This document shows positions 41,278 to 54,814 of a stretch of DNA of 64,000 nt, piece after piece. A program made the translations under genes and the position numbers. The DNA is from Eledone cirrhosa (taxonomy: Eukaryota). The notes under the pieces were generated by a model. The model had not been told where the DNA came from, did no database searches, and was given only the letters and a program-made list of their open reading frames with translations. Location of the stretch: positions 225,184,001 to 225,248,000 of the forward strand of contig OZ024740.1 in the NCBI GenBank assembly GCA_964016885.1, written 5' to 3'. How positions within the stretch are numbered: the first letter of the stretch is position 1; the number at the start of each line of letters is the position of its first letter.

Positions 41278-42152
41278 CGAGGTGCGTCAGAAAAGTTCCA
41301 GGACGGATGTCACAAAAGATTTATTTCAAACCCAAACTTCACACTAAGAGTTTTCTCCTTCAAAGTAATCCCCCTGGAGTCTAATGCACTTTTCCATCCT
41401 TTTCTGCCACACATGCATGCACTCCTGGAAGGATTCTTCCAGGATCCTCCGCAGTTCCGTCGTCACAGCCTTTTTGATGTCGTTCACGTCTTCAAAACGG
41501 ATCCCGTCCGGTTCGTACTCGAAGATCCATGACTCATCACCGGTGATGACTGTCCCTAGCAAGTCTGGTTCAGTTTCAAGATGCTCAAGGATGTCCTGGC
41601 ACACTTGCATGCGTCGACCTTTCTGGTCATCGTTCAGCAGTTTTGGCACTATCTTCGCGCAGGCTTTCCTCATGTCCAAATCTTCAGTGAGAATCTTCCA
41701 GACGCTGTCCCAATTCATGCCCAGCTCATTTGCCATCAGTCGAACAGTCAGCCGACGATGGCTATGTACCATCTGCTTGACGCGCTTAACGTTGACCTCA
41801 GTCCTGGTTGTTGAGGGCCTTCCGCTCCTGGGGTCATCTTGCACCACTCAAAAACACGTGAACGTGACATCGTCTCATCTCCATACACTTGCTGCAGCAA
41901 TCCCAGTGATTCTGACGGAGTTTTCCCCAACCATACCAGAAACTTCAAGTTTGTTCGTTGCTCCGTGCTCATTGCTTGACGACCTGAAATAAAGGACATG
42001 TATATAACATTTTTAAGAAAAAGGTTTGATCACTCCAGAGAGCTAAGATTACAGTTACATACTCCAGGGGGATTACTTCGAAGGAGAAAACTCTTAGTGT
42101 GAAGTTTGGGTTTGAAATAAATCTTTTGTGACATCAGTCCTGGAACTTTTCT
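41278..42152 (-). mobile_element. Mariner element, internally deleted and frameshifted, with ~110-bp inverted ends
   Basis: EQRTNLKF, RSGRPST, KIVPKLL, ITGDESW, then a jump to the C-terminus GDYFEG. TA at 41276-41277. Confidence 0.92.
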
Positions 42153-42185
42153 AATCCATATTTAATAAAAACACCATGTTTTTTA

Positions 42186-42246
42186 TTCATTCTGACGACT
42201 GAAAACAGATCTAGCATCTGCTTTCAAGAAACCACTGGTAAATGAA
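42186..42246 (+). ncRNA. Type-I hammerhead ribozyme, intact core
   Basis: TTCATT-CTGACGA-CTGAAAACAGAT ctagc ATCTGCTTTCAA-GAAA-CCACTGG-TA|AATGAA. Confidence 0.82.
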
Positions 42247-42465
42247 CTAATTATCTTATGTTGTTTATTACATAACTAAATACATATATATATATATATA
42301 TATATAATTGCAAGCTCAACGCTTTAACCACTAAGTCATACGCCTTCACTATATATATATATATATATAAATGAAGTAATTCCGTCGGAAAGGTCCAGGA
42401 AAAAAGAGTTCTCTATGTAGGTTACAGAGCTTAATAGGTATGTAATAAACAAGATAAGGCAATTA

Positions 42466-42527
42466 TTTCATTTACCAGAGGTTTTTTGAAAGCAAACAAA
42501 TTTTGCTTTCAATCATCAGAAGGAAAA
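42466..42527 (-). ncRNA. Diverged hammerhead paralog of 42186-42246 (GAAA mutated to AAAA)
   Basis: CTGATGA-TTGAAAGCAAA atttg TTTGCTTTCAA-AAAA-CCTCTGG-TA|AATGAAA. Confidence 0.6.
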
Positions 42528-42829
42528 AATCCTGGGGTATTTATTGACATTGGATTTTAAAAACAAAAATATAATCTATATGAAAGGGAGGCTGGAAAAG
42601 GAAGAAGGAAAGGAAAAATAAACACACACACAATTACATACACATACATATATACATACACATATATATATACATACATATACACATATATATATATATA
42701 CATACACATATACATACACGTACAAATACATATACATACATACACACATATATCACCATATCCATACATACACGTACACACAAATACACAAACAGACACA
42801 CACACATGCATATATATATATAGATGTAT

Positions 42830-44210
42830 ATATATTGTTATACTTGGGGAGGGTAATATTTGTGTAATATTGCCAGAATTAATAAGAGAACACACTCACT
42901 GTTTGGTTGGTTTTCGCTTCTCGCTGTCTTTTATATCTGCGATCTAACTTACTCGGTCCTCAATGTTGCCATTGACTGACCGACGGTCAAAAATAATACA
43001 GATACAATATAGACACAAACACATATATATAATTTACATAATTTACATAAATCTTTCGTTGCACATCTGCAACATCGTCAGTGGTGTTATATTTTTTCTC
43101 CTGCTGTGTTGTATGTCTACGCCATTTTTTATTCAGTCTGTCTATATATTTATTTATTTATTTGCTTGTTTGTTTATTTTATTTTATTTTGTCTTCTTTG
43201 CGCATGCGTTTGCGTGTGTGTATAGTGTTATGTTTGCTGTGTGACTAGTGTGTATAGTGTTGTGTCTGCTGGGTGACTAGTGTGTGTTTATGTGCTTGTG
43301 TATGTATTTATTTATCTTATTTTATTTTATTTTATTTACTTATTTATACTTCTCTTAGGTCAGTGTCTAAGGGATGTATAAATAAGTAAATAAAATAAAA
43401 TAAAATAAGATAAATAAATACATACACAAGCACAATAACAACAAGCACATAAACACACACTAGTCACCCAGCAGACACAACACTATACACACGAGTCACA
43501 CAGCAAACATAACACTATACACACACGCAAACGCATGCGCAAAGAAGACAAAATAAAATAAAATAAACAAACAAGCAAATAAATAAATAAATATATAGAC
43601 AGACTGAATAAAAAATGGCGTAGACATACAACACAACAGGAGAAAAAATATAACACCACTGACGATGTTGCAGATGTGCAACGAAAGATTTATGTAAATT
43701 ATGTAAACTATATATATGTGTTTGTGTCTATATTGTATCTGTATTATTTTTGACCGTCGGTCAGTCAATGGCAACATTGGGGACCGAGTAAGTTAGATCG
43801 CAGATATAAAAGACAGCGAGAAGCGAAAACCAACCAAACAGTGAGTCATCATCATCATCACCGTTTTACGTCCGTTCTTCCACGCTAGCATGGGTTAGAC
43901 GGGTTGTCCTGTTGTGTGCAGTGTCTGGTCGGCTGACCATGCCTTGCTCATACAGGAACTGATCTGGCTTGATTTCTACAGCTGGATGCCCTTCCTAACA
44001 CCAACCTCATTTACAGTGAGTGCTGGGTGCTTTTTCGTGGCGCCTACACGTCCACTTTACAGTGTGGGCTGGGTGCTTTTTTGCCGTGGCACCTCCACTG
44101 AGTGTGTTCTATTATTAGTTCTGGCAATATTACACAAATATGACCCTCCCCAAAAATAACAATATTTGTTTCGACACACGATTTCATATAAAAAACCTCG
44201 CTAAACTGAT
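42830..44210. repeat. About 500-bp-arm palindrome with hammerhead cores, right arm interrupted by an RTE tail (43846-44100)
   Basis: Identical spurious ORFs on opposite strands (42963-43244 / 43496-43777). CTGACGA-T-GTTGCA gatg TGCAAC-GAAA at 43659-43686 (+) and about 43054-43081 (-). Confidence 0.9.
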
Positions 44211-44575
44211 GTATATATACATACACATAATCATACATATATACACACATACATACACACATATATACACGCATACATACGCATACACAAATATAGATAT
44301 ATATGCACACACCTACATACGCACACACACAATTAATTATAAGAAAAAATATAATAAAAATACCGTCACATAAGAATAAAAATAAATGTAAAAATTATTA
44401 TAAAGTTGACAGTGATACAGGCAAATAAATGATCAAACACACGTGGTAAGCAATACACACAATTGCACATACATACATAAAAATAAATACATACACACAC
44501 ACACACACATACACATACATATACACATACATACACATACACATACACACACACACATATATATATATAGAGAGA

Positions 44576-45200
44576 GAAAATTGAGGTTGGTAATGGCACA
44601 TGGAATATATAAGAGACAGAATACTTTTTTGTGAAAAAACATATAATTTTATAAGGTAAGGAAATAATAAAGGGTATAAAAAATGACCGGTTTCGATGGG
44701 TCTACAAAAGCAGATATATATATATAACAAAGGAATTGTGGTAAGGATATATATATATATAACAGATATATATATATATAAAGCAGATATATATATATAT
44801 AACAAAGGAATTGTGGTAAGGAACCAATAGAGTCCAGAATAGCCGTCGAAACGGCTTGAACTCTGCCGTCGGGGTCATACTTTTTCCTATTTCCCACTCT
44901 ACTACCCTAAGTATTGAGTACTCTGGTGCGTTATGGTCCATTTGGTTCCTTACCACAATTCCTTTGTTATATATATATATATCTGCTTTATATATATATA
45001 TATCTGTTATATATATATATATCCTTACCACAATTCCTTTGTTATATATATATATATATCTGCTTTTGCAGACCCATCGAAACCGGTCATTTTTTATACC
45101 CTTTATTATTTCCTTACCTTATAAAATTATATGTTTTTTCACAAAAAACTATTCTGTCTCTTATATATTCCATGTGCCATTACCAACCTCAATTTTCTCT
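44576..45200. repeat. About 250-bp-arm palindrome around a Penelope terminus fragment
   Basis: 44576-44826 is the reverse complement of 44941-45199. Spacer 44830-44970 matches 23040-23178 in reverse. Confidence 0.88.
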
Positions 45201-45231
45201 ATAACCTTCGTTTTGTGTAGAAAATTACACT

Positions 45232-45308
<77 letters not shown>

Positions 45309-45440
45309 TATACATACATATACACTCACACATACATATAAATACATACACACACATGTATGTGTGTAAAACTCATTCCTAGATGTATTCACTGAACCTT
45401 GTTTAACTCTTAAATATATATATATATACATACACACGCA

Positions 45441-45538
<98 letters not shown>

Positions 45539-46122
45539 CACACACACATATATATAAGAAAATACATAAATATTATATATATATAAAAATAAAAAGATGA
45601 AAGGGGTAAACAAATAGTTGGGAATACGACAAATAATAAATAAATAATTAGAAAGGAGTATACATGTTTATAGCTGATTTAGAGCACTCAACAAGTTCCT
45701 GGAGCAAATGATCAATGAAAATAGGCATTAAATCAGTGTATGTAATTATGCATATACATACACATACATATATATACATATACATATATATACACACACA
45801 CAACCATACAAATACACACATATATACATACATATACATATATATACATACATATACATACATATACATATATATATACATATAGGAAAAAATATGACCC
45901 CGACGGCAGAGCTCAAAACGTTTCTGAGGCTATTATATATATACACATATAAACATTTATATAAAATTACACATATACAAACACCCACACATATCTACAA
46001 AAGTTACGTCACCACCTTAAAAAAATACACACACAAATACAACAGAAGCATATAAAATACAATTATAGACACACATACATATACATACAGATATATATAA
46101 TTATATATACATATACATATAT

Positions 46123-46189
<67 letters not shown>

Positions 46190-46214
46190 TACACATATAC
46201 GCAACACACACACA

Positions 46215-46850
46215 CACATACATAGAAATAAATATCTAAAAATAAAAAAGGTGGGTATGTAAAGGGAAAGGAGAAAGTAGGGGGGAATATGGAAAACAAT
46301 GACATAGGAAAAGATTTAAATATAAGGGGAGATAAGGGGGGAAAAGAATATAAGAATACAGAAAGTGAGTTCAGAAGGTAAAAAAATCGTAGTGGGTTTA
46401 AGGCGTAGAGAGGAGAGAACAAGTTCAAGATGGTTGAGTCATCGTAGGAATGTCAATCCAGTTACGGATCAGATGTGATTTCAGGTGAGGACAACATCTG
46501 AAGTTCTCGGTCTTGGAGTTCAGGCAAGTTGAAGTGGCTTTCAAGTTTTTCATTGGTACACAAAGAACAATTCTTTGTGCCCCTTTGGTACTCCCTCGAA
46601 TGGTCTAAAATAGACCAATCGATAGAGTACGGGATGTTTTTATCCTTGAATTTCCACACCTTATTTGCGAGAGCCGTTGCAGTTCTTTTATCGGAGTGTT
46701 TAAAAGAAGCGACATGTGCATAAAACCTGGTTTTAAACCTGTCCTGAGTCATGCCAACATATCGTTCACTCCTAGCTGGCTGGTTGTTAATTAAAGGTGT
46801 CACTTTGGCCTCATATACATTGGTGTTACATTTACCCTGAAATGACCCTT
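46215..46850 (-). mobile_element. Penelope GIY-YIG 3' fragment
   Basis: VYEAKV..RYVGMT..FKTRF..CSLCTNEK, followed by a pyrimidine-rich UTR. Confidence 0.88.
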
Positions 46851-47163
46851 CATTAATATTTCTAAATTAGAAGAAGACATTATCTTTCATGCTAGAAAAA
46901 CTCTACTCTTTACTAATGTATATATATATATATACATACTACTGTACATCTGTATACATATATGTATGTACGTATACATACTTATATTTAAGTAACAGCC
47001 GTACTAAGAGTGAGAAATCAAATTTCGTTTCATTTTTTCCGTTTATCGTTTTCGGTACCCCGGTCGATTAATTCACTCGTTATGCAAATTGGGCTGCTCA
47101 GGCGTTAATATGCATAAGGAAAGTTTATACTTTCAGACGTTCAATCATCTGGCAGGAAGGTAT

Positions 47164-47206
47164 ACGTTGCTGACGATAGCAAATAAGCTTGAAACTAGTA
47201 CAGCGT
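47164..47206 (+). ncRNA. Minimal type-I hammerhead with palindromic loop 3 (CTAG)
   Basis: ACGTTG-CTGACGA-T AGC aaataa GCT T-GAAA-CTAG-TA|CAGCGT. Confidence 0.85.
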
Positions 47207-47405
47207 TCCTTTGTCAGTGTTGAAAATATGAGCAACGACGGTTGCTAGACACTGTACGGCTTAATTCGGGATGTTTGTTTACAAACACACCGAGCATTAT
47301 AATAAATGTTCGGTAAATCCATACGTACATATATATATGTGTGCATGTATGTATATATACATACTACTGTACGTCTGTATACATATATGTATGTACGTAT
47401 ACATA

Positions 47406-47560
<155 letters not shown>

Positions 47561-48601
47561 AAGAGAGAGAGAGGGGGGCGATCAGGAATATACCAGTTTT
47601 AAACTAGTAAGACAATTATTCAGCAGAGTATTCAATAGATTGGAACTGTGTGTTTCAATATATATATATATATAAACTTTTTTGTATATTTCACATATGA
47701 TGGTTTATCAAGAAATGTTAAGAATGAAAAACTGTCATAAATATCAATCATGCTGAAATAGTGTTTTGTTAGTAAAGAATATTGCAATTTTAAACAGTGT
47801 GACTTCCACCCAATGACAGACAAGCTAGAAAACAGAAAAATATAAATAAGATAAAATCTACACCACCCTTCATCTTGTAACTATAGAACTGTAATGAGTC
47901 TGAGATGTTTCAATGCTTGCCAAATTGGAAAGAACACTTGAATCAGCAGCAACAACAATATTTCATGATTGTAGAAAATATCAGTAAACCACATGGGAAA
48001 AAAACCAACGTCCAGAATTCTCTTTCAATGCTTTCCAGCTATGAATGGTTGAAGGTGAAGTCAAGGGATGGGTGTTACAAGAGGAATTTCAAGAACATTG
48101 TTTTCCTTGCTAAAAGCAGAGACACATTAATGAGTGAGACACTTGTACGAGAATGTGGTGCCATGATGAATAATATATAGTGATGAGTGAAATAAGTTGA
48201 TGTGCAGCTGGGAAATGCAGCTGTTAGATTGCAGCAATAGATTACAGCATAGTTCAGCTCACAATCAAGTGGAAGTCTGGGAGTAAACAGAAGCTTTTTA
48301 TTCCAGTAGTCATGTAGGGGGAGGGGGGAAATCATGCATTGGGGAGGTGTTCTAGCATATGAGAGGGGGGAATTGCAAATGCTTTTTGTTATAAGCCAGT
48401 ATTATCCTAAGAGTGACATGATGTAAATAAATGTAAACAGTGGGTTGCCTTTTAACATACATTGTTTTATAGCATGTAAGTATATATGTATCGAAATGTA
48501 TATATATATATATATATATATATATGTTTGTATGTGCATTTATGAATATATGTCTGTATATGTGTATATATACATACATACGAAAATACATATGTATGAG
48601 T

Positions 48602-50315
48602 ATCATCATCATCATCACCGTTTTACGTCCGTTCTTCCACGCTAGCATGGGTTAGACGAGTTGTCCTATTGTTGACAGTGTCTGGTCAGCTGACCTTGTC
48701 TTGCTCATACGGGAACTGATTCTGGCTTGATTTCTACAGCTGGATACCCTTCCTAACACCAACCTCATTTACAGTGAGTGCTGGGTGTTTTTTTTCCATG
48801 GCGCCTACACGTCCACTTTAGAGTGTGGGCTGGGTGCTTTTTTGCCGTGGCACCTCCACGACCACTTTGCAGTGGGAGGGTGTGGGGACATATTGTCTAT
48901 ATGCTTCAGCTTCGGCTTGTACCCGTGGGGGTCGGGTCTTCTGTATTACTACGTGACGCCAGAGGTCACGGTCATGTGTCATCGTCTTTGAGAGGTGTAA
49001 TTGGGTATGGTCAGCTTTTATCACCTCATCCCAGGTCTGCTTGGGTCTCCCCACTCCGCGGTTTCCATCGACTTCTAGTGCTCTCCACCTTTTTATGCAG
49101 CTGGCATCCTTCATATGCATCACATGTCCATACCAACGCAACCGCCTCTCCTGCACACAGCATTTGATTCTCCTTACGCTCAGTCTCTCTCTCAATTTAT
49201 TTAGGCTTCATTTCATTCTAATCTACGCAAGTCTTCCACAGACAGCGCCCAGGTGTCACTACCTTGTAACATTGCTGTTCGTATAAACGCATCATACAGT
49301 CTGCCTTTCATTTTGTGGGAAAAGCCTTTTGCCGCTAGCAGTGGCAGTAGCTCCCTGAACTTCTTCCATCCCGTTCTTACCCTAGTTATTGTACATTCTG
49401 GACACCCACCTCCACTGCTAATTTGGTCACCAAGGTAGCAGAAGCTGTCTACTGTTTCTGCAGAGCCTCCCAGAGTTTGGTGGTACTTGTTTCCTGTGGC
49501 TGTTTGCTGCTGGCTGTCCTAGCACAGCTGCTACATGTCAAGCCTACATTCTTAGTTAAGCTTCCTGAGATCCCGCTACATCACTTGTGTACCCATTGCT
49601 TGCATTCGGGGCAGAGAATGGAGTTCCTACCTACACCTTTCCTGCATACTGAGCAAGGCCATTTCCCTGAGGGGATCTGGGTTCTGTTTTCTCGTCTACT
49701 TACAAAGACCTTAGTATTTGTCAGGTTGACTTTTAGACCCTTTCTTTCTAGTTCCTGCTTCCAAGTTAGGGTTTTCTTCTCTAGTTCTACCATAGATTCA
49801 GCTATAAGTGCGAGGTCATCTGCATACAGGAGTTCCCATAGGCATCCGGTCTTATACTCCTCCGTTATTGCCTGCAGGACTATGATGAACAGAAGAGGGC
49901 TGAGAACAGAGCCCTGGTGGACCCCAACCTGTACGCTAAATTCCTCGCTATACTCATTGCTAATCCTAACTTTGCTGAGTGCTCCCCTATACATGGCTTG
50001 TACAGCTTTCACAAGCCATTCATCTACCCCTAGTTTTCTAAGAGCCCACCAGATTATAGCATGGGGAACTCTGTTAAAGGCTTTCTCAAGATCGACGATT
50101 GCCAGGTAGAGTGGCTTATTTTTAGCTAGGTACTTTTCCTGTAACTGCCTCACAAGGAAGAGGGCATTAGTGATCCCTCTTCCTGGCACAAACCCAAATT
50201 GCATCTAATCTAGTTTCACCCGGTTCCTAGTCAACTCTGCTATAACTCTCTCTGTTACTTTCATGACCTGGTCCATCAGCTTTATAACTCTATAGGTTAC
50301 TCTATCTAGTGCATC
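48602..50315 (-). mobile_element. RTE LINE family 2, 5'-truncated
   Basis: RT ORF 49581-50204 (DLEKAF, GVHQGS, YADD, PHD start), 3' UTR and tail. Confidence 0.95.
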
Positions 50316-50604
50316 AATACAACAATAATAATAATGTAAGAGAGGGGAAGGGAGTAGATGACTTCGTAGAGAGACAGCATGGGAAAAGAAAACGAGGGTA
50401 AAAAATAAACGTGTTGTGGAGGCTAGCGAAATGATAAATACATCATTAATAGTGTGAGCGGAACATTTGCAATTGGGAAATAGAGGGATTCCTGGAAGAT
50501 ATATATGTATGGATGGATGGCTGAAACATGGCTTAGCAGCTGTAGTAAATCATTTTAGCCTTTCAGAATTAAGTATGTCTTTTCTCTTGAAGAACTTTAA
50601 GGTG

Positions 50605-50690
<86 letters not shown>

Positions 50691-50813
50691 ATAAATATAT
50701 GTATATATATGTATATATATATATACCTATAAATATATGTATATATATATGTATATATATATATATATATACACCTATAAATGTATGTATGTATATATAT
50801 ATTATATATATAC

Positions 50814-50906
<93 letters not shown>

Positions 50907-50940
50907 GTGTGTGTGTGTGTGTATGTGTGTGTGTGTGTGT

Positions 50941-51642
50941 GTAATAGTAATATACGTGAACGGCAAAGCATAAATGAACTAAGGGAGAAATTAAGAATAA
51001 GAGGAATCAGATGTTGTTTACTCGAGAGAAGACTACGTTGGTATGGTCACGTGCTGCGCATGAAAGACGACAGCTGTATAAAAAAGCGCAGGGCGATAAA
51101 AATAGACGGTAGCCACGGAGTAGGCAGACCCAGAAAAACCTGGGACAACTTGATAAATTCCGACCTCACACATTTACACCTCTCCAAGACAATGTCACTG
51201 GACCGAGATCTTTGGCGCTACACAGTAATACAGAAGACCCGCCTTGCCTAAGTACAAAGCGAAAGCTACAGTCAGTAGGCACCTCTACACAAGAACCCAA
51301 CCCCGTCCCACCACCCCACGCCATCCACACCATCCCTTTCGATGTAAAGTTATGTTGGTACCACAACATCCTGGCCGAAATAAATGAGGTCGTGTAGGTG
51401 TCACAATAAAAAAAACACACAGTCCACGCTGTAATGTGGCCGTGTAGGTAACACGGTTAAAACCTCCCAGTCCACACTGTAAACGTGGTTGGTGTTAGGA
51501 AGGGCATCCAGCCGTAGAAAACCCGCCAAACAGTCCTTAACGAGCAAGACAATCAATCTTGCCTCAAGTGGGAAAATTCCCGTCCAAACCCATGCAAGCG
51601 TGGAAGATGGACGTTAAACGATGATGATGATGATGATGATGA
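50941..51642 (+). mobile_element. RTE LINE family 3, 3' end
   Basis: [20 protein letters not shown], (GAT)n tail. Homologous to 60143-61025. Confidence 0.9.
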
Positions 51643-52018
51643 TATACACATTATATATATATGTATATATATAATTGAATATAAAAGAAAGGCGAACACA
51701 GATGTATACATATATGTGTTTAAATCGTAAGGGACCAGATTCGCTAAGGTGAAAAGAATACTAACTATAGACATTAGAGACTATTTTGAGAGACTATTTT
51801 GTAAGAGACTATTTTGAGTTTCTAACTCAATATATACCTTTGATATATTCGGCTCCGTTAATTTGTTGAGTTAATTCAAATGTCGAATAAACCTGGCTGC
51901 TATTTTCAGTGGTGTAAGTTTGTGAGACGTGCTAAGTTCAGATACCATGTGCATTGGTACATATGCGCACACTATTCAGTTTCCTAATATACTTAGAAGT
52001 GTCTACGATACTAATTCT

Positions 52019-52099
52019 TCACCCACTGATGAGCAAGAATTGGCATTCCTATTCACAATTAATTTTGCGAAACAGCAGTACCAAAAGCTGTCTGGGTGA
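52019..52099 (+). ncRNA. Canonical type-I hammerhead ribozyme (GUC site)
   Basis: TCACCCA-CTGATGA-GCAAGAATT..AATTTTGC-GAAA-CAGC agtaccaaaa GCTG-TC|TGGGTGA: 7-bp stem I, 5-bp stem III. Confidence 0.92.
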
Positions 52100-52359
52100 T
52101 TGGTAGTTACGACATTTCCGGTTTGTATTTATTTTCTTGATTTATTCTTAAATTGAGTCAAGCAAACCATATTGTCTATACTTAGTATTCTTTTCACCTT
52201 AGCGAATTGGTCCCTTACCATTTGAACACATATATGTATATATTTGTGTTTGTCTTTCTTTTATATTCAATTATAATATACGGCTCAGAAAAATCTCTTT
52301 CCTTGAGCTATTTTAATGTAAGAGACTATTTTGAGTTCCTAACTCAATATATAGCTTTG

Positions 52360-52404
<45 letters not shown>

Positions 52405-52431
52405 CAGATATATATACATGTACATTATATG

Positions 52432-52474
<43 letters not shown>

Positions 52475-52485
52475 TATATATACAC

Positions 52486-52691
<206 letters not shown>

Positions 52692-52741
52692 ATATATATA
52701 TATATATACATATATATTATACATACATTATATATATACAC

Positions 52742-52928
52742 TGGTGGATTGGCAGTATTAGTAGAGGGTCGGACGCCATGCTTTCCAGCATAGCTACGTA
52801 CCTTTACGATCTGAGTTCAAATCCCGCCGAGGTTGACTTTGCCTTTCATCCTTACGGGGTCGATAAAATAAAATACCAGTAATGCACTAGGTAATTGCTG
52901 GCCTTGTGCCTAAAGTAGAAACAATTAT
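52742..52928 (+). mobile_element. SINE family A
   Basis: Full copy, flanked by ATTATATATATACACT repeats. Confidence 0.88.
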
Positions 52929-52937
52929 ATATATACA

Positions 52938-54195
52938 CTAGCAGAGGTACCTGGCGTTGCACGGGATAAGGTATTTTGGAACGCGACCGCCAACTGACCT
53001 AATCGTGGAAAAACTGCATGCCTGGACAATATGTAAAGAAAATAAACCGAATACTCTGATGGCTGGATAATCTTTAAGATTTTCCTCGATGAAGCAGGAA
53101 AAATGCAAGTTTTCACCTAGGGGATCAAGAAAACGAATTTTATTTTTGTGCATAACATGCCTTGAAATTTCGGGAAAATCGGCTAGACGTAACGCCTCAA
53201 AAAAGCCCTAAAAAGCTGAAAAAATGAAGTTTTTCACCTAATGTTTTTCACCTAGGGGATCAAAAAGTTGAATGTACATAACACTCCCTGAAACATAAGT
53301 AATACACATGTAAAGTTTGAAAAAAGTCGGCTGGGTACTTCTCGAGTTTTAGGGATTCAAACTCACAGACACACACACACAGAAATCCCCAGGGAAGTGA
53401 CGTAATGCAGTCAGCCAGACATACAGACAGATATTATAAGGGCGCGACGTTATATATATGTATCTATCTAAAATGAGAAAGACTAAGAATTATAGAGAGA
53501 GATCGCTAAAGCACCTAATGCGGTCCTTAGGTCATTGAAGATTTCTTTTGCTCAGAACACTCCATGAAACATAAGTATTACATGTGTAAAGTTTGAAAAC
53601 AGTAAGTTGGGTGCTTCTCGAGTTTTAGGGGTTCAACCTCTCACACACTCACGCACACACACATCCTCAGTTGTATATATATAGACTAACAGAAAACCAC
53701 ACGGTGGGCGGTTTTCTGCTAGTCTATATATCTAAAACAGAATGTCTGTCTGTCTGTCAGCTCACTAAAACTTGAGAACCATCCAACCGATTGTTTTCAA
53801 ACTTTAGACATGTAATACTTATGGTCCTGTGAGTGTTTTGAGCACAAATTATTTAAAATGTTCAATACTCTAGGGACCGCATTAGGCGATTTAGCGTTCT
53901 CTCTATATAATTCTTAGTCTTTCTTTTTAGATAGATACATAGATATAAGTTGCGCCCTTATAATATCTGTCTGTATGTCTGGCTGTCTGCATTACGTCAT
54001 TATGACGCGCTCAGTGTGTGTGTGTATATATATATGTATCGTAATGCAGACAGCAAGACATAGCTTTCCTTCCCCTCTTCCAGCGTCCCTCTCGCTATCC
54101 CCCTCTTGTAGTCTGTCTCTTTCTTTCACTCTCACTCTCTCTCTACACGTCGGACAGACAGACAGAGAAATTGCTGGTTATATATTATAAGGAGA
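52938..54195. mobile_element. Cluster of non-autonomous Helitron-like elements
   Basis: Minus-strand 3' end CCCGTGCAACGCCAGG..CTAG at 52938. 5' TC starts followed by simple repeats at 53685 (-), 53723 (+) and 54194 (-). Confidence 0.7.
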
Positions 54196-54314
54196 TAATT
54201 TAGATATATATACATTTTTAAATACACACATATATATATACATACATATATATATACGGACATGATTTTTGACAGCGGTAAGAAATTGTTTTCTTATATC
54301 AATGTTTAATGGGC

Positions 54315-54440
54315 TTCCACTGATGATTTATAAGTGCCCACCTAAATATATTCTTACATGAATATATATTAGGCTTCTTCATAAACTGGAAACATTCTCC
54401 CAAACTTGTAGAAAACTTATAATGAAACAATTGTTTGGAA
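54315..54440 (+). ncRNA. Type-I hammerhead with a large stem-II insertion and palindromic stem III
   Basis: TTCCA-CTGATGA-T TTATAAGT [~80 nt] ACTTATAA T-GAAA-CAATTG-TT|TGGAA. Confidence 0.75.
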
Positions 54441-54646
54441 AGAGAGATATACTTTAACTTTAATTATATCTCATCAAATAATACAACTGGTTTTTCCACA
54501 TTATACATATTGTTAGCACCCCAAACACTTAAATTGGGTTTATATTTTAATATAACCTAATGTTTGTTGAGTGAGATGGTTACCAGTCAGAGTTTAGCTT
54601 TAAATTATCTCTGTTATTGTATTAAATATATATATATATATACATA

Positions 54647-54810
54647 CAGTATCGGTAGAGGGTCGAAGCCCATGCTTTGACGCAAAGAGTTATGGCCCTT
54701 GCCATTCTGAGTTCAAATTCCGCCGAGGTTAACTTTACCGTTCATCTTAACAGGGTCGATAAAATAAAGTATCAATAATGCACTGGGTAATTGCTGGCCT
54801 TGTCCCAAAA
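54647..54810 (+). mobile_element. SINE family A, 5'-clipped and diverged
   Basis: B-box and central domain present. Confidence 0.75.
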
Positions 54811-54814
54811 TAGA

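Noticed and set aside
42963-43777. Two near-identical 93-aa ORFs on opposite strands
   Set aside because: A by-product of the palindrome, with low-complexity sequence
49423-50109. Long plus-strand ORFs over LINEs and mariner (also 36043, 41384, 56220)
   Set aside because: They are antisense shadows of transposon coding frames
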